Assembly: GCA_030324005.1 (NCBI GenBank)
Contig: JARDVH010000193.1
Coordinates: 39,189,696-39,253,695 of the forward strand
DNA from: Negaprion brevirostris
Taxonomy: Eukaryota
Direction: 5' to 3'
DNA: 64,000 nt
Shown here: piece by piece, positions 1 through 13,389 of the stretch
How the letters are laid out: every line of letters begins with the position of its first letter
Numbering within the stretch: the first letter of the stretch is position 1
Program-made: the position numbers and the translations under genes
Notes under the pieces: model-generated
The model's database searches: none
Seen by the model: the letters and a program-made list of their open reading frames with translations, nothing else
What the model was told of the DNA's origin: nothing

Positions 1-812
1 ATTTAGTTCACTTCTTGCACTTCTTATTCTTTAACTTCTATTCATCAACTAGATGCCTCCCTTGGTAAGGTACCATGGGCTTATCCCTCTCCTTCCTGTT
101 CATTCATAGAGTGGACTCGGGTTTTGTTTTATCATGAGGTCTGCCATGTTCTTCCTGAAAGTTATAGAAAAACCTCCCTTAATTTTGTATGCTCACTATC
201 ATTGAGCTGAACATATAGTTTGGCTCCCAATGTTTCTTCATGTGCACTTGTTCCTAACTGAGTTCTGTCTTGGTGAGTTGGTGGTTGCTTTTCCCTTGCT
301 CCAGGGTCAGCTTCATGTTGTGTGTGTGCGTTTGAACTTCCAGCATTGTTGCTGCAGTTTCTCCTCGTTCTGTGACAGCAAGTATTTGACTCTGAGTTTC
401 AAACTCTACCTTCTGCTGATTTGAAATTCATGAGGTGACCGTTTACAGATTTGCCAGCATCCCAAAATGTGAAACTGGGATCATTAATTTCTGCACATAA
501 GCATTGACTTCTTCTTGTGGCTCATCTACTTCATGGACTTATTTAGAATCCCCCCACATCTTGAGGTTTTGGACTTGCACCATCTTTCTAAAGTATCCTC
601 GGCGGTTGCGGTGAAAGAACTACACAGTGATCACTGGACACTGCTCAGGCCTGTGATGTCTTTTAGCACCATAGTGCTGACATGGTCTGCCACCATCTTG
701 TGTTTTCCTTGGGTATTGCTTTCTTTGCCATGGATTCTCCTTGCCCTTCTGTTGCTTCATGAGTTGGACTGTTAGGGTTGCTCTATACCATGGCTTAATT
801 TGGCCAAGTAAA

Positions 813-1292
813 ATCATAGAATTCATAGAATCTCTACTGTGCAGAAGGAGGCCATTCGGTCTATTGAATCTGCACTAACTCTTCAGCACAGCATTCAACC
901 CAGGCTGACTCCCTGCCCTATCTCTGTAACACCACACATTTATCCCACTAATCTACACATCTTTGGACACTAAAGGGTAATTTACCATGGCCAAGGCATC
1001 TAATTTGCATATCTTTGGACTGTGGGAGGAAACTGGAGCACCTGGAGGAAACCCTTGCAGACATGGGGAGAACATCCAGGGCAGGATTTTATGGCCTCAC
1101 TTGTCCCAAAACCATGAAATCCTGCCTGAGGTCAACGGACCTTTCCATGGTCCTCCCCTTGCCTGCTATGATTCCCATGGCAGATAGGATGGTAAAATTC
1201 CGCTTATAAACTCCATACAGTCACCCAAGGTTGGAAGCAAACCCCTGGCACTATGAGATAGCAGTGCTAACCATTGTGCCAGCATGGTGCCC
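813..1292 (-). mobile_element. HE1/V-type tRNA-derived SINE (CR1-type tail) inserted in Gypsy gag
   Basis: Reverse complement of the GGCAC...TGGTTAGCACTGCT head, V-domain GGGTTTCCTCCAGGTGCTCCAGTTTCCTCCCACAGTCCAAAGAT, and TTCTATGA tail repeats. Confidence 0.9.
1079..1205. mobile_element. ~125 bp Harbinger-type MITE nested in the SINE
   Basis: Imperfect TIRs GGGCAGGATTTTA / TAAAATTCCGCT. SINE sequence resumes on both sides. Close homolog at 42523-42628. Confidence 0.75.
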
Positions 1293-2082
1293 TCAATCAG
1301 TTTTGTTGGCAACATTCCAATAGTCTAATAATTTGGGTGGTTTTTCCCAAAGCCAAATCTTCTTTAAATTGGAATGCATGCAAGAGTATCATCAGCCATT
1401 GTCATTACTCTTCAGTCTCTTATGAGCTCCAACTTCAGGCCACCATTGTCACAGCCTTCAGCCAATTTGTGTTGCTCATTTATGAAAGAGTCTATGGATT
1501 CCCTGAGCTTTTGGACTCACTTCTTAAGTTTTGCTTGCTTCAAAATTTTTTTGCTTCTTGAGTTAAAATAGGTGTCAAAGGATTTCATAACTTCTTCAAA
1601 GCTATTCATTAATTTATTCTTTGTCTAGTAATTATGTCATCAGCTATTGGATGTATTGAGTATGATAATGTATTCACTTGTTCAGCCTCTGTTTTTTACA
1701 AACCTGACACCATATATATGTATCTTCTCCATAACACTCAATTTTGCACCTGGTCTGGCTTTCTCATCTGCCTTAATTGGCAGAGTTGATTTATCATCCA
1801 TCCATGGCTGTTTTCAGCACAGGGAAATACAGCTTTAATTTTGTTTTTAAATGATGCTGCAGTTTTTTTTTCACTTGTCTCTTCCAACGCTTGTCAGGAT
1901 TTGGCAGGCTCCTGTTGCAGTTCAGAAGCCATTTTAAACTTTGGCATTTCTGCAGAAAATGTTTTAAATGAATTGTTTTGGCCAGCTAGTTACTTTCCTA
2001 AGCTTAGAGAATAAAATTCAAATTCTTCTTTGCTCTAACTTCTCTTTAATTTTTTGTTTGCTGTTCACATGTGGTCGCCATG

Positions 2083-2667
2083 TGTTATGGTGCTGACACT
2101 AGATCCAGGCTGAAGGGTTCTTCAAGCTGTGGCTGTTAAAACAATCTGCTCATGCTTCCTGATTATTGTGCTGAATTTAAAAGCTTATTTCTGCCTTTTT
2201 GGGGGGAGTTTGCTCACCCTTTAGTGATCTGGCTAGGTCCTTTGACTCTGTTTTCGATTGGGTCTCACAATGGATCTCCACGAGCTCTGATGGAGTCTTC
2301 TAAAGCTGCACAGTGGACACTTGTTCTGCCCTTCATACACAAGTCTGTAATGGAGTTCCTTAGGTGATCTCCAGCTGTATATTTGAGGTCTTCATGTTAA
2401 GTGCACTTCTCTCAGATTGGACTCCAGTATCTTTACTTCTTCATCCTTAAGGATTTGAGGGTCCTTTACTTGCTGCCACTCACTAAGAGTGTTAGATAAC
2501 ACATAATAACACATTACTACATAGATCTAGATAGGAAACAGTCCTGACTAGGTTTTATCTTCATGCCAACTTCTACCAGATCTACTAATATACCTACCGC
2601 TCCCATGTGACTGTTTACATCATAATCTGGGCAGTGCTGCTTCCCCAGTTCCACGTTAACCCTTACA
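2083..2667 (-). repeat. Putative 5' LTR of the Gypsy element
   Basis: Minus strand starts TGTAAGGGTTAAC (2667) and ends ...CCATAACA (2083), two bases before the PBS-like TGGCGACC. TG...CA termini. No second LTR in the window to confirm. Confidence 0.55.
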
Positions 2668-4802
2668 GCGCTGAATAATGTAATAATATAGAAAGAGGCT
2701 NNNNTGGAGCAATGACATTGACTTAGAGACCTTTTGGGCTGAATGGCAGGTTATGGTGCTGTGAAATTTTATGTAACTGTAAACTCTGATTATGTCAATT
2801 CTTATTTTCTTTCTCTGTATCCTTCCCACTGACACTGTCACAATCACCAATCTCTTTTCCAACATAAAATATACTAACTTCTTATGATCAAACTGACCAC
2901 AGCATGCTTTGCCATCATATCCAGGTGCAGAAGAGATAAGCTATAAAATATGTAACCTTGAGCTTACTTTCATCATAGTATCACATTACGGCATTGTTTT
3001 GGAGTCCAGATTTTCATTGTGCTTCATATTTCACTGTGGTGTGGTCTTAGTGTGTTTCAGTGTCTTGGAAAAAAAGATCTTCTATTAAAACTTGGCGCTA
3101 TAAACCATTCTTCAGCAGTATAATAAAAACGTTAGACAATATTTTGGACGGAAACGATCGACGTTTGCAGTCACGGCACTTTAATTTTTTTTCCCTGGAA
3201 ACAGATGGATCAGACTTCACCGAATTTCTGGAAAGGAGAATCCAATGAGAGCCCCTTTTCTAAGATTTGTTTTTGTTTGCTTAAGTTTGCTGGCTGCATG
3301 CAGTAATCGCTCTTTCCCTCCACTGTCTAGGGAACTGTTATTGCCTCACAAAATATTTTGTGCACAGCGCACACCTACCAGCAGATCCTTGATTATAAGA
3401 AAATTAAAGGTTAATTCAAGATTTAATTGGATCCTAAATGCATACTTTTTGTTGAATGACAAATTATATTTATTGGAATCTGAATGTGAAAGCTTCATCA
3501 GCAAACAATGAAAGCTTCAAAGAATTTTCTTGGTTTTGTCCTGCATTTGACTGTACAATAGTAGCTCCTATTTTTTTTCACATGATTCTTCGTGTTTATT
3601 TGCAAGAAGTTCAGAGCTAATGTATCTGCTAAAGGAAAAGCTCACTTTATGCCACAAGTGACTACTTTGCTCCTGACCTTGAACTGGCAAGTAAATTGTT
3701 TGACTGCAAAAATATTCCAAAACCAGGTTGCAAGAAGTCCCATTTCACCTGAAGCGTTCCCCTATTCATGATTGTAAACTGAATTGTGCAAAGATACTAG
3801 CTTTGTTCTGTTAACCAAATTCTCTCCGATTGAAGAAGTAAAACGTGCGATAAGATATTTCCATTGTTTCATACACTTGGATAAGACTGCTGAGAGGTTT
3901 GACTGAGTATTAACCATTTACCATAGTCAAAAACTGCACATAGGGGTAACATACTATTGCTATCGTTTCAAAGGTTTACATTCCAAGTGCAATCAAGAAA
4001 TTAACTTCTTTTGTGAAACAAAACATTATGTTGTGAACATATGTTGCAATGCTGGTAACATTGGCAATGTGCCAGCTTCCAACTTTCACTGCAAGCTCAT
4101 TTTTTAGATTTTTTAAAAAAATATATGGTGTGGTTCCTGTAAGATATCATATTTTTTTAACTCCTATTTCCAATCAGCCATCCAAAATTGACTGTGAAGG
4201 TTTTTTGAGATAAATGACACCGTACCTTAGCCTGGATATTTGCCTCTGCTGTGTTGACATCCCTAGGTATTTGTATGTTTTCCTATTTTATTGTTTCCCT
4301 CTCTACCATGCCTCGATAATTGGAAACCTGGAATATTATAACAGAAGAATGGCAACACTGACCATTTCTGCAACACTCCACAGCCCAGCAGAATGAGATT
4401 GTTTTTTGTTTGATAAACTCCTGGTACAATATAAAAATACTTTGTGCGATGCATGTTAGAACAACCCTATTGTTATAAAACAGCACATCCTGTGACTCAC
4501 AAGTTGTCTCTCTTCATATTCACTCTATAATTATAGTGTGGTGTGGTTAACATTCCTGCAATTATAGTATTAATGCAGCTTGTATCTGATGCCACAGTTC
4601 AGCTTGATACCAAGATGGAGAGAATATGAGAGTTCTTGGAGGGGTGGGGGGAGATTCACTCCAGTTTCTTTGGCCCAAACACCTGTTTCACATGGCAGGT
4701 TTGGTATTGGCTGCGAAGCTGTTTCAGCTAAACTTGTCAAGTGTGACTGCATCACTGGTATTGCTGGCTAGCTGTTGAGCAGTGGAGATTTCTGTACAGC
4801 AT

Positions 4803-5072
4803 TATAGAATTCCTACAGTGTAGAAGAAGGCCATTCAGCCCATCAAGTCTGCTAAAACACAATCCCAACCAGGCCTTATTCCCATAACCCCACGTATTTA
4901 TCCTGCTAGTCGCCCTGGGATTTTCTTTGAACTGGGGAAGGAAACTGGAGCACCTATAGGAAACTCACGTGGACTTGGGGAGAACGTGCAAGCTCCACAC
5001 AGGCAGTGACCCAAGGTCGGTTCACTGCTGCTGTGAGTCCGCTGTGCTAACCACTGTGCCACCATACCATCC
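4803..5072 (-). mobile_element. HE1/V-SINE (CR1-type tail)
   Basis: Same head, V-domain and tail as the other copies. Confidence 0.88.
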
Positions 5073-5458
5073 TTAACAAGGTGCTATCNNNNNNNNNNNN
5101 NNNNNNNNNNNNNNNNNNNNNNNNNNNNNNNNNNNNNNNNNNNNNNNNNNNNNNNNNNNNNNNNNNNNNNNNNNNNNNNNNNNNNNNNGGTGCAATCAAT
5201 TATGACCCACTCTGTTTCTTTAAATCATTTTGACTAAAATGGTTTTTTTTACTAATTGTATCACATTTCCTTCCCACAAAATAAATTTCTCCACCATGCA
5301 ATGCTCCTAAGTCAGATAGCTTGCTGTTAAATCAATGGAACCCATGCATATGAATGATTGGTTGATCCACTAGAAAGCACAATAAGCGACTCTCGCACCC
5401 CCAGTGATAGAATGTTGTTCCTTCTTTCTGACTATGATTGATCAGCTCACCACCCTGA

Positions 5459-5745
5459 GGGCGGTGTGGTGGCACATTGGTTAGCACTGCTGCCTCACAG
5501 TGCCCGGGACCCTGGTTCGATTCTCGGCTTGGATGAATGTCTCCTGGCATCTGTGTGGGTTTCCTCTGGGCGCTCCAGTTTCTTTCCACTGTCCAAAGAT
5601 GTGCAGGTTAGGCGGATTGACCATATTAAATTGTCCCTCAGTCAGCGAGATTAACAGGGGATAGGGCCTAGATGGGATTGTTATCGGTGCAATCTCGATG
5701 GGCCCAAAGGTTTCTTTCTGCACTGAAAGGATTTTATGATTCTAT
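5459..5745 (+). mobile_element. HE1/V-SINE (CR1-type tail)
   Basis: A box TGGCACATTGG, B box GGTTCGATTC, V-domain, tail ...TTTTATGATTCTATG. Confidence 0.9.
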
Positions 5746-8700
5746 GGAGAAACACCAGGTATTTCATTTCCCGAACTTGAGACCCAAGGTAAGATCCCAG
5801 TACTCCGGTAATGTTGCTGAACTAACCAACTGTTATTACAGTATTTTGTTCAGAAAATAATTACACTTTAAAGGGATAAGATCTTCATAGGAAAAGTATT
5901 TGGCAAAAGGTTTTTTTTCTATCTGTTTGCAAAGCCACCACACATTGGCATAAATCCCATTGCTTGTGTATCATGTTATGTCTGAAAGCAGTTCTTGTGC
6001 CTCTCTCATTTTTTTCAGACAAAATCAAAAATCAGCAGCTATTTTTGTAAAGGCAATGGCCCCTTCACTGCACCTTATTATTTATATTGAGTTAAAGAAC
6101 TTTGTTCTTGGTATCTGTTTAAAAGAAGGACAATCCCACTGAGGCTTGTCCATTTTTTAAGACAAATATAAGGAACAAAGTTCCATTGCCGAAAGCAGAA
6201 AAATTGCAGAAGGAATCCAAGGAAAGAACAGCCAATGGCAAGAGCAAGTTGCCCATACTTCGAACAATTTGGATTTATTGAGGAGTGTTAGTTTCTGTTT
6301 GTCATGCTTTATGTAACCAAACATATTTTGGAGACACTGATTACAAACACATGTCAAGAATAGCGAGTGCAGTGGATGACGTTGGCATAGTTCTGTTTCA
6401 TCTTTAAGCCCAAGAGCAGTAAATCATAGAGTTGAAAATACAGCAGCATTGAGCTTTCCGAATTTGTAGAATTTTTAAGAACAGCAGCTGCTCTCGCTGC
6501 AAGAAAATTGACACGGCAACTTTTATAATTGCCGAATATTTAAAGTTAGAGGAATATGGGGGAGAAAGGGAGAAATCAGCTGTGTTGATCTAAGCCTGCA
6601 GGCTCCTCTTGACTAACTCAGTACTAGAGCAGGTACTTAAATTCTGGCTTTCTGTGCATTTCATATGGGAAGAAGCACAAATAGACATCGCAGCGTTATC
6701 AGTGTTGTCAATTAGCAGTTCACAGCATATTGGGCACACCTCACCAAGCCAAAGTGTTTGATTTGTTTTCTTACTATTTAGGATTCATGAATTCCCCCTA
6801 CTGACTAAAGATAGCAAATATCTGTGAATGTATTCTTCTTGGATAAAGTTTAGAAATAGCAGCAAAGATACATTCTACTAGAACCGCTAAAAGACACGTT
6901 TAACTGTGAAAGTTATTCTGAAATATTAAGGCATACTCAGACAATCCACTCTGCATTTGATGAAACTATTGATTTTATTTTGCTTTTTTTGACTCTTGAG
7001 GTTGACCTGCCTCTAACTCAAGTGTGGATTGAGGCCACATGTCTGAGATCAAGTTAGCTCAGACAAATAAGTAATTAGTTGTCTGCCTTCCACATCAGTG
7101 TCCCATCACAGCCAGCTTGGCTGTCTTTCCTGTGATAAAATCCTTCTAAAAGTGCAGAGTGCTCTTTTTTTATCTTTATTTATATAAAGCAAAAGAGTGC
7201 TTGCTTTATGATAAACTCTGTGCCTAAAGGGGAATGAAGATCTATTCCTGAGGATCCATCCAGCAGACTGCCATTGGGATCAGCTTTTCTAATAGGGTGG
7301 CAGACAATGATACACTTGTGAGACATGCATCCAGAAGCACGTGGGAGATCCAGTCTCACTACGTCAGTATTTGAAGCTGTCTCAGAGTATGAGTGCAGTA
7401 CAGTCTCACTGCCTCTGAGTGTCTCTGCAGCTCACACCCTCTTGACTTTGCTGTACCTCTGTTGATATCCAGGTGTGTCTCACTCCTTTCTGTCAGACTA
7501 TCAAGTTACCTATGCATGTCTTAGCAACAGCAAATTCCAGTTTTTAAAATTCTGTTTTCCTGTATATTCTAATGGCTTTTCCTCACTGTATCAATTTCCA
7601 CTGTGCATATTGCTGGTGCGCATATTGCTCTGTCCGCAGTCTTGCATGAAGGCAACAATAGACTTTATATACCGAATTATTCTGCTAGCCTACTGTTTGG
7701 AGTGATGAGGAGAAATTCAGTCATGCCATACATTGGAGCAGCAATGCATTGTACCACAAACTTATTGGAGCATTAATAATACAAGTAGGCCATTCAGCCC
7801 CTCATTCAATTAGATCATGGGCTGATCGGCACCATAATTCTATTTACTTGTCTTTGTTTCGTGTCCCACCATACTGTTACTGAACAAAGTTCTATCATTC
7901 CCAATCATGAGATATCAATTATCCTAACATCCCAGACATTTTATGGTGACAGAGTGGGGGAGGAGAAGGGGGGTTGGAGTCAGAGTTGCAGATCCCTCCT
8001 GCTCCTTTCCGTGGATAAAATTATTCCTGATAAATCAGTTATTGCCAGTAATAACTACGACTGAGTTCCTGATCTCAACTTGGAGAAGGGCCTCTCTAGA
8101 GAGGTGGTTTTTATACCCCATAGCTGACCAAAACATGCAGGGGTATGAAATGTATCTGCTCCATTCCCGAATGATGCATGTGGCATAAATATGGGACAAC
8201 TTACTGAGTTAGTTAATATGTGTGAAAGGCACATAACTTATGAGATTGTTTTGGGGGACGGGGTGAGTGAGTTATGAAGGCCTTGCTCAACAAGTGAAAG
8301 AACCAGTCCAATCACTCATTCACAGCAGGCAATTCTGGTTATTATTACTACTGTGGGCTTTTTGTACATTTTTAGCATAAATTTGAAATGATTGTTTTAT
8401 ATCCTTAGAGAGATTTATATTCAAGAGGTACAATTTAATAGTCTTGCAGTTGTGAGGCGGTATTGTTAAGCTGTTCAGGGGCTCAGTAGTTTCTGAAATG
8501 TTCATGATGTCTGATGTTTTCAAGTGCTACTGCTTGTGGGGCCTCCATATAGTGCTCACACCCACAATCAGGAGCTGCTTATAAATCAGAGAGTTACCAG
8601 CCATTATGTCAGACTCCCCTGTCACATTTGGAGAGCGGTCAGTCCTTCAATCCTATCCAGTGTGCACATTTAGAGTGCCAAGCCAATGACTTGTGTATAA

Positions 8701-9354
8701 CTGGGATCCCCATCTTTCCTCTGCTGATTAAAGTGACAGAGCTCTGACTTTCAATGTGTGAGAGAAGCATCTGGCTCCCAAATGAATGATTGTGCTAACA
8801 CAATAATTAAATTGAATGAGTAAATTATCACGATGTTTTGGAGGTGGAAAATGCACTTTTTGAAAATTATTTCTGGATTTAGGTTTCAAGTCCAAGGAGT
8901 GTCAGTGTTGGCTGTAGAATACTTTCCACTTTGAGCACCCGGTTGCAGTCTCAAGTCCCTGCACAAAAGGTGTATCTTGCAGCAGTCTCAAAAGAGCATC
9001 CCTGCTCTACCCATGTGAATTTTTAATTTTACAAATCAACCTTTTTCTGCCTTAGAAACTTAGCACCAAATCATACTGAGTCACAAGAGAATTTGGTGCA
9101 CAAATTTATTTTGCAGATGATTCGGACACCTGGAACGTAGAGAGGGACCTCTATTTTACCATTTTATCTGACTGCTATTAATCTGAGGTCGCAGCAGTGT
9201 AAGGACAGTATACTAACCCACAGTGCCATCCTCTCATTGTGACTGCTTTTAAATTTCTTTCATGAATATTCATTGTTTTTGAAGGTTGTATCTGTATTTA
9301 GCTAGGAGCAATACAATCAATGGTGGAATGATAGCATGTTTAGAGTTTCAAAGT

Positions 9355-9642
9355 TTCTTTATTACTGTCACAAGTCAGCTTACATTAACACTGCAATAAA
9401 GTTACTATGAAAATCCCCCAGTTGCCACACTCTGGCGGCTGTTTGGGTACACTGAGGAAGAATTTATCATGGCTAGTGCATCTAACTAGCATGTCTTTTG
9501 GACTGTGGGAGGAAACCCGAGCACCCGGAGGAAACCCATGCAGACACGGGGAGAATGTACAGACTCCGCACAGACAGTGACCCAAGGTTCGTCCGAGGTG
9601 CTGTGAGGCAGCAGTGCTAGCCACTGTGCCACCATACTGCCC
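9355..9642 (-). mobile_element. V-SINE with alternative (type B) tail
   Basis: Same head and core, but the tail reads ...GGGGATTTTCATAGTAACTTTATTGCAGTGTTAATGTAAG...TTGTGACAGTAATAAA on the minus strand. Confidence 0.9.
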
Positions 9643-10079
9643 CATGTTTGTCCAACAGTGCAAAATACAGTGAGGGTAACTGCACATGAGGTTCCTCATG
9701 CATCTAATTCCAGCTGTTCCATTTCAGGAAAGGGACAGAATACAGTCTGGATGTTGAACATTGAGGGATTGCCAATGTGACGAAAAAAGAGGGATGTTGC
9801 AGGTTCAGTTTCCCACTTCAGCTCCTGCTATAAACCACATACTTGTCAGAAGGTTTTGAGCACAGGTTGAATTCATATTTAAAAAGATGTGGAATACTGG
9901 AGATTGAGTTGACACTGGATTGCCTTACACATCTTTCAGCAGCTGATTTAAACGTAGCATCGATGGAGCCCTGACAAAGTGTCAATCATAGTACCTGTAT
10001 GTGCCGAGATAAATCGATGTCATAACCCTCAGAAATCATACCTGGATCAAGGTAGAGTCCTGGGACTGAATCACTGACC

Positions 10080-11065
10080 TGTTCTTTGGCTTCAGACTGC
10101 ATCACTTCAGCATGGGCAGCAGGGGACTGGTCGACTGAATGGCAACAGTAAAGGAACTGATGGAGTGGCGGTGATGGGAGTACAAATGCTGTGAGAGAGC
10201 AGAGCAGGTTGCTGCTGAATGGAACCGCTGTCACCCCTGGGATGGACGAGCAAGAGGACTCATGGGATAGAACATAAGAACATAAGAAATAGGAGCAGGA
10301 GNNNNNNNNNNNNNNNNNNNNNNNNNNNNNNNNNNNNNNNNNNNNNNNNNNNNNNNNNNNNNNNNNNNNNNNNNNNNNNNNNNNNNNNNNNNNNNNNNNN
10401 NCTTAAATATATTCAGCAAGGTAGCCCCCATCACTTCAATGGGCAGAGAATTCTAGAGACTCACCACCCTTTGAGTGAATAAGTTCCTCCTCAACTCCGA
10501 TCTAAACTGCTCCCCCCCCCCCTTAATTTTGAGGCTGTGCCGTCTAGTTCTGCTATCCTTTCTAAGCGGGAAGAATCTCTCTACCTCTACCCTATCTATC
10601 CCCTTCATTGTCTTATATGTCTCTATATGGTCCCCCCTCAGCCTTCTAAACTCCAACAAGTACAGACCCAGTCTATTCAGACTCTCTTCATAGTCCAACC
10701 CACTCATCTCTGGTATCAGCCTAGTGAACCTTCTCTGCACTCCCTCCAAGGCCAATATATCTTTCTCCAAATGCAGCAACCAAAGCTGCCCCATCAAATG
10801 CCTTGCCTGAACCTAGGGAACTAGAACCTACATGTTCCTTTCACCCTGCCCTGGGTGCAGCCCACTCATGCCTGTTGATTCAACATGTGGAGATCCAATC
10901 TCTCTACCACCTTCTAAAATTTGTGTAGTGCTAGTATCTGAACTGGTAGTTCTGAATGCCAGAATGAAAGATGGTGTTTCTTCATCCTTTCTTCTTTCTC
11001 CAGGCCTTCAGTCTCCCACATCTCTGCCTGGAGAGGCAACAGTTCTTGGGTATTTGAAAACATAG
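10080..11065 (-). pseudogene. Last-exon remnant of a Harbinger Myb/SANT gene, split by a CR1
   Basis: Minus strand TTTCAA|ATACCCAAGAACTG...ACCAGTTCAGATACT...CTGCACCCAGGG is homologous to 28421-28625 on the plus strand. 10080-10262 resembles 29110-29290. Confidence 0.65.
10266..10775 (-). mobile_element. CR1 LINE 3' fragment
   Basis: ORF2 C-terminus LEGVQRRFTRLIPEMSGLDYEESLNRLGLYLLEFRRLRGD...ELRRNLFTQRVV, followed by a (TTCTTATG)n tail. Confidence 0.95.
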
Positions 11066-11090
11066 GCTCAAGGGCAAGGTTGATTTGCAG

Positions 11091-11216
11091 TGTTACAATC
11101 ACAGCCAAGGTTTATACTGCACAAGTCAGATCCCAGAGTTAAAGCTAGTTTAATAGATCCTAACGTCTGTTTTGAAATAGTGGAGGAAAGTTACTGAACA
11201 AATTGACAGGAGTCTA
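11091..11216. repeat. LTR-like fragment, left part (probable continuation at 13390-13550)
   Basis: Starts TGTTACAA. Ends ...ACAGGAGTCT, which appears to join GCTGAAGTTTTAACATAAAGAATAAAA at 13391 by recalled resemblance to shark LTRs. Confidence 0.4.
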
Positions 11217-11221
11217 TGTAA

Positions 11222-11460
11222 TAACATAAGAACTAGGAGAGGAGTGGGCCATTTAGTCTCTCGAGCCTGCTCCGCCATTCAATATGATCATGGCTGATCT
11301 TTTCGTGGACTCAGCTACATTTACTCACCCGCTCACCATAACGCTTAATTCCTTTACTGTTCAAAAATCTATCTATCGCTGCCTTAAAAACATTCAATGA
11401 GGTAGCCTCAACTGCTTCACTGGGCAGGGAATTCCACAGATTCACAACCCTTTGGGTGAA
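11222..11460 (-). mobile_element. CR1 LINE 3' end
   Basis: About 85% identical by eye to 12700-12940. Runs into an N-gap. Confidence 0.9.
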
Positions 11461-12487
11461 NNNNNNNNNNNNNNNNNNNNNNNNNNNNNNNNNNNNNNNN
11501 NNNNNNNNNNNNNNNNNNNNNNNNNNNNNNNNNNNNNNNNNNNNNNNNNNNNNNNNNNNNTATTATACAAAGGCAAATTATTATAGAATAAAGATCATAG
11601 AACATTACAGCGCAGTACAGGCCCTTTGGCCCTCAATGTTATGCTGAGCTATGACCAATCCCAAGATCAAGCTATCCCCTCCCTATCATTCTGGAGTGCT
11701 CCATGTACCTATCCGATAACCGTTTGAAAGTTCCTAAAGTGTCTGATTCCAAATTATGTGATAGAGATTAGCAGATTTTTACTCTCGACATGTTATTTAA
11801 GTTGAAACTGCTTTACGTGCAAAGTGAAAAATAAATCAACTAATAATTGAACTATACAGCAGGATTGTGGAGAAGTTGGCAGGATCTGTATGCTATCGTC
11901 CAATGGTTAGGAACACATCAAATGAAGAAACAGGTACGTGGAGCACCATCTAGTGGGAATGAAAATACTTGCATTTAAATTGGCAAGCTGTGTTCCATTT
12001 CCATAATTTCCCAATTCCCAAATTGTGTGCTTCCAGTTGTCAGAATAATTTGATAAAGATGTGACCGTTTCTGTGGAACAAATCCACAAACCCCAAAACA
12101 AGCTTGGAAAGCTAGGTCACTCAAGTGTTTTTTTAAATATAAACTTTAATATGTTTCAAGTCAACAATTTCTTTGGTGGCTCAGACCTTTCACCCACTTG
12201 CTTTAATTGAAGCAAACAACATAAGGTAAGAGGAAAAAAGGGACTGGAAAAGGGAGATGAAGACAAATGGGACATGTTGCATTGATGCAGTGAAAAATAA
12301 ATTAAGGACTGGATGTTTCTCAATTTTTTTTTGGAGCTCCTCAAAGCTGACATTTCTTTGCCACCTTTATATGAATGACCTTCGGGAGGCACCCACCTCT
12401 CTCCTTCCTGATCTTCCTGGGAGCACCAGCAATGTCATTGTTAATGGGCTAGTAATAAGATGGCCACAAAGACCTCTGAGGCCCATT

Positions 12488-12697
12488 AGGGCTGCATGGT
12501 AGCACAGTGGTTCACACTGCTGCCTTACAGCCCCAGGGACCCGGGTTTGATTCTGGCCTGGGGTGACTGAGTGGAGTCTGCACACTCTCCCCGTGTCTGT
12601 GTGGGTTTTCTCCAGGTGCTCCAGTTTCCTCTCAGTCTAAAGACATGCAGGTTAGGTGGATTGGCCATGCAAAATTGTCCCTTAGTGTCGGGGGTTT
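12488..12697 (+). mobile_element. V-SINE, 3' truncated, abutting a CR1 tail
   Basis: GGTAGCACAGTGG head and V-domain; ends at CCCTTAGTGTCGGGGG. Confidence 0.88.
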
Positions 12698-12698
12698 A

Positions 12699-13389
12699 GA
12701 ACATATGAACTTGGAGTGGGAGTAGGCCTTCTGGCCCCTTGAGCCTGCTCTGCCATTCGATAGGATCATGGCTGATCTTTTCATGGACTCAGCTCCACTT
12801 ATTCACACACTCACCATAACCCTTAATTCCTTTACTGTGCAAAAATTTATCTACCCTCGCCTTAAAAACGTTCAATGAGGTGGCGTCAACTGCTTCACTG
12901 GGCAGGGAATTCCACAGATTCACAACCCTTTGGGTGAAGAAGTTCCTCCTCAACTCAGTCCTAAATCTGTTCCCCCTTATTTTGAGGCTATGCCCCCTAG
13001 TTCTGGTTTCAACTGTCAATTGAAACAACCTCCCTGTTTCAATCTTATCTATTCTCTTCATAAGTTTATATGTTTCTATATAAGATCCCCCTCATTCTTC
13101 TGTATTCCAATGAATATATTGCCAGTCTATTCAGTCTCTCCTCGTAAGCCAACCCTCTCAACTCCAGAATCAATCTAGTGAACCTCCTCTGCATCTCCTC
13201 CAGTGCCAGTTTATCCTTTCTCAAGTAAGGAGACCAAAACTGTACATAGTGCTCCAGGTGTGGCCTCACCAGCACCTTATACAACTACAACATAACCTCC
13301 TTGTTTTTAAACTCCATTCCTCTCGCAATGAAGGACAACATTCCATTTGCCTTCTTAATTACCTGCTGCAAACCAACTTTTTGTGATTC
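12699..13389 (-). mobile_element. CR1 LINE 3' fragment
   Basis: LYKVLVRPHLEHYVQFWSPYLRKDKLALEEMQRRFTRLI...TRGHSLKIRGNRFRTELRRNFFTQRVVNLWNSLP. Confidence 0.95.

Larger units (their letters stand above)
1..2082 (-). mobile_element. Decayed Ty3/Gypsy LTR retrotransposon internal region (gag plus start of protease), interrupted by a SINE
   Basis: Minus-strand translation gives gag-like EAEQVNTL..., VQKLRESIDSFINEQHKLAEGCDNGGLKLELIRD, a CCHC-knuckle-like CQHYGAKRHHRPEQCP and a pre-protease VNGHLMNFK. Many stops and frameshifts. PBS-like TGGCGACCAC at 2080-2071. Confidence 0.8.

Noticed and set aside
6157-6285. Lys/Glu-rich open stretch (TNIRNKVPLPKAEKLQKESKER...)
   Set aside because: Weak AAG acceptor and no clear donor. 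The purine-rich composition explains the open frame.
9219-9260. V(D)J recombination signal sequences (CACAGTG heptamers)
   Set aside because: No ACAAAAACC nonamer at 12/23 spacing here. Most heptamers are part of SINE heads, and no V or J segments are seen.
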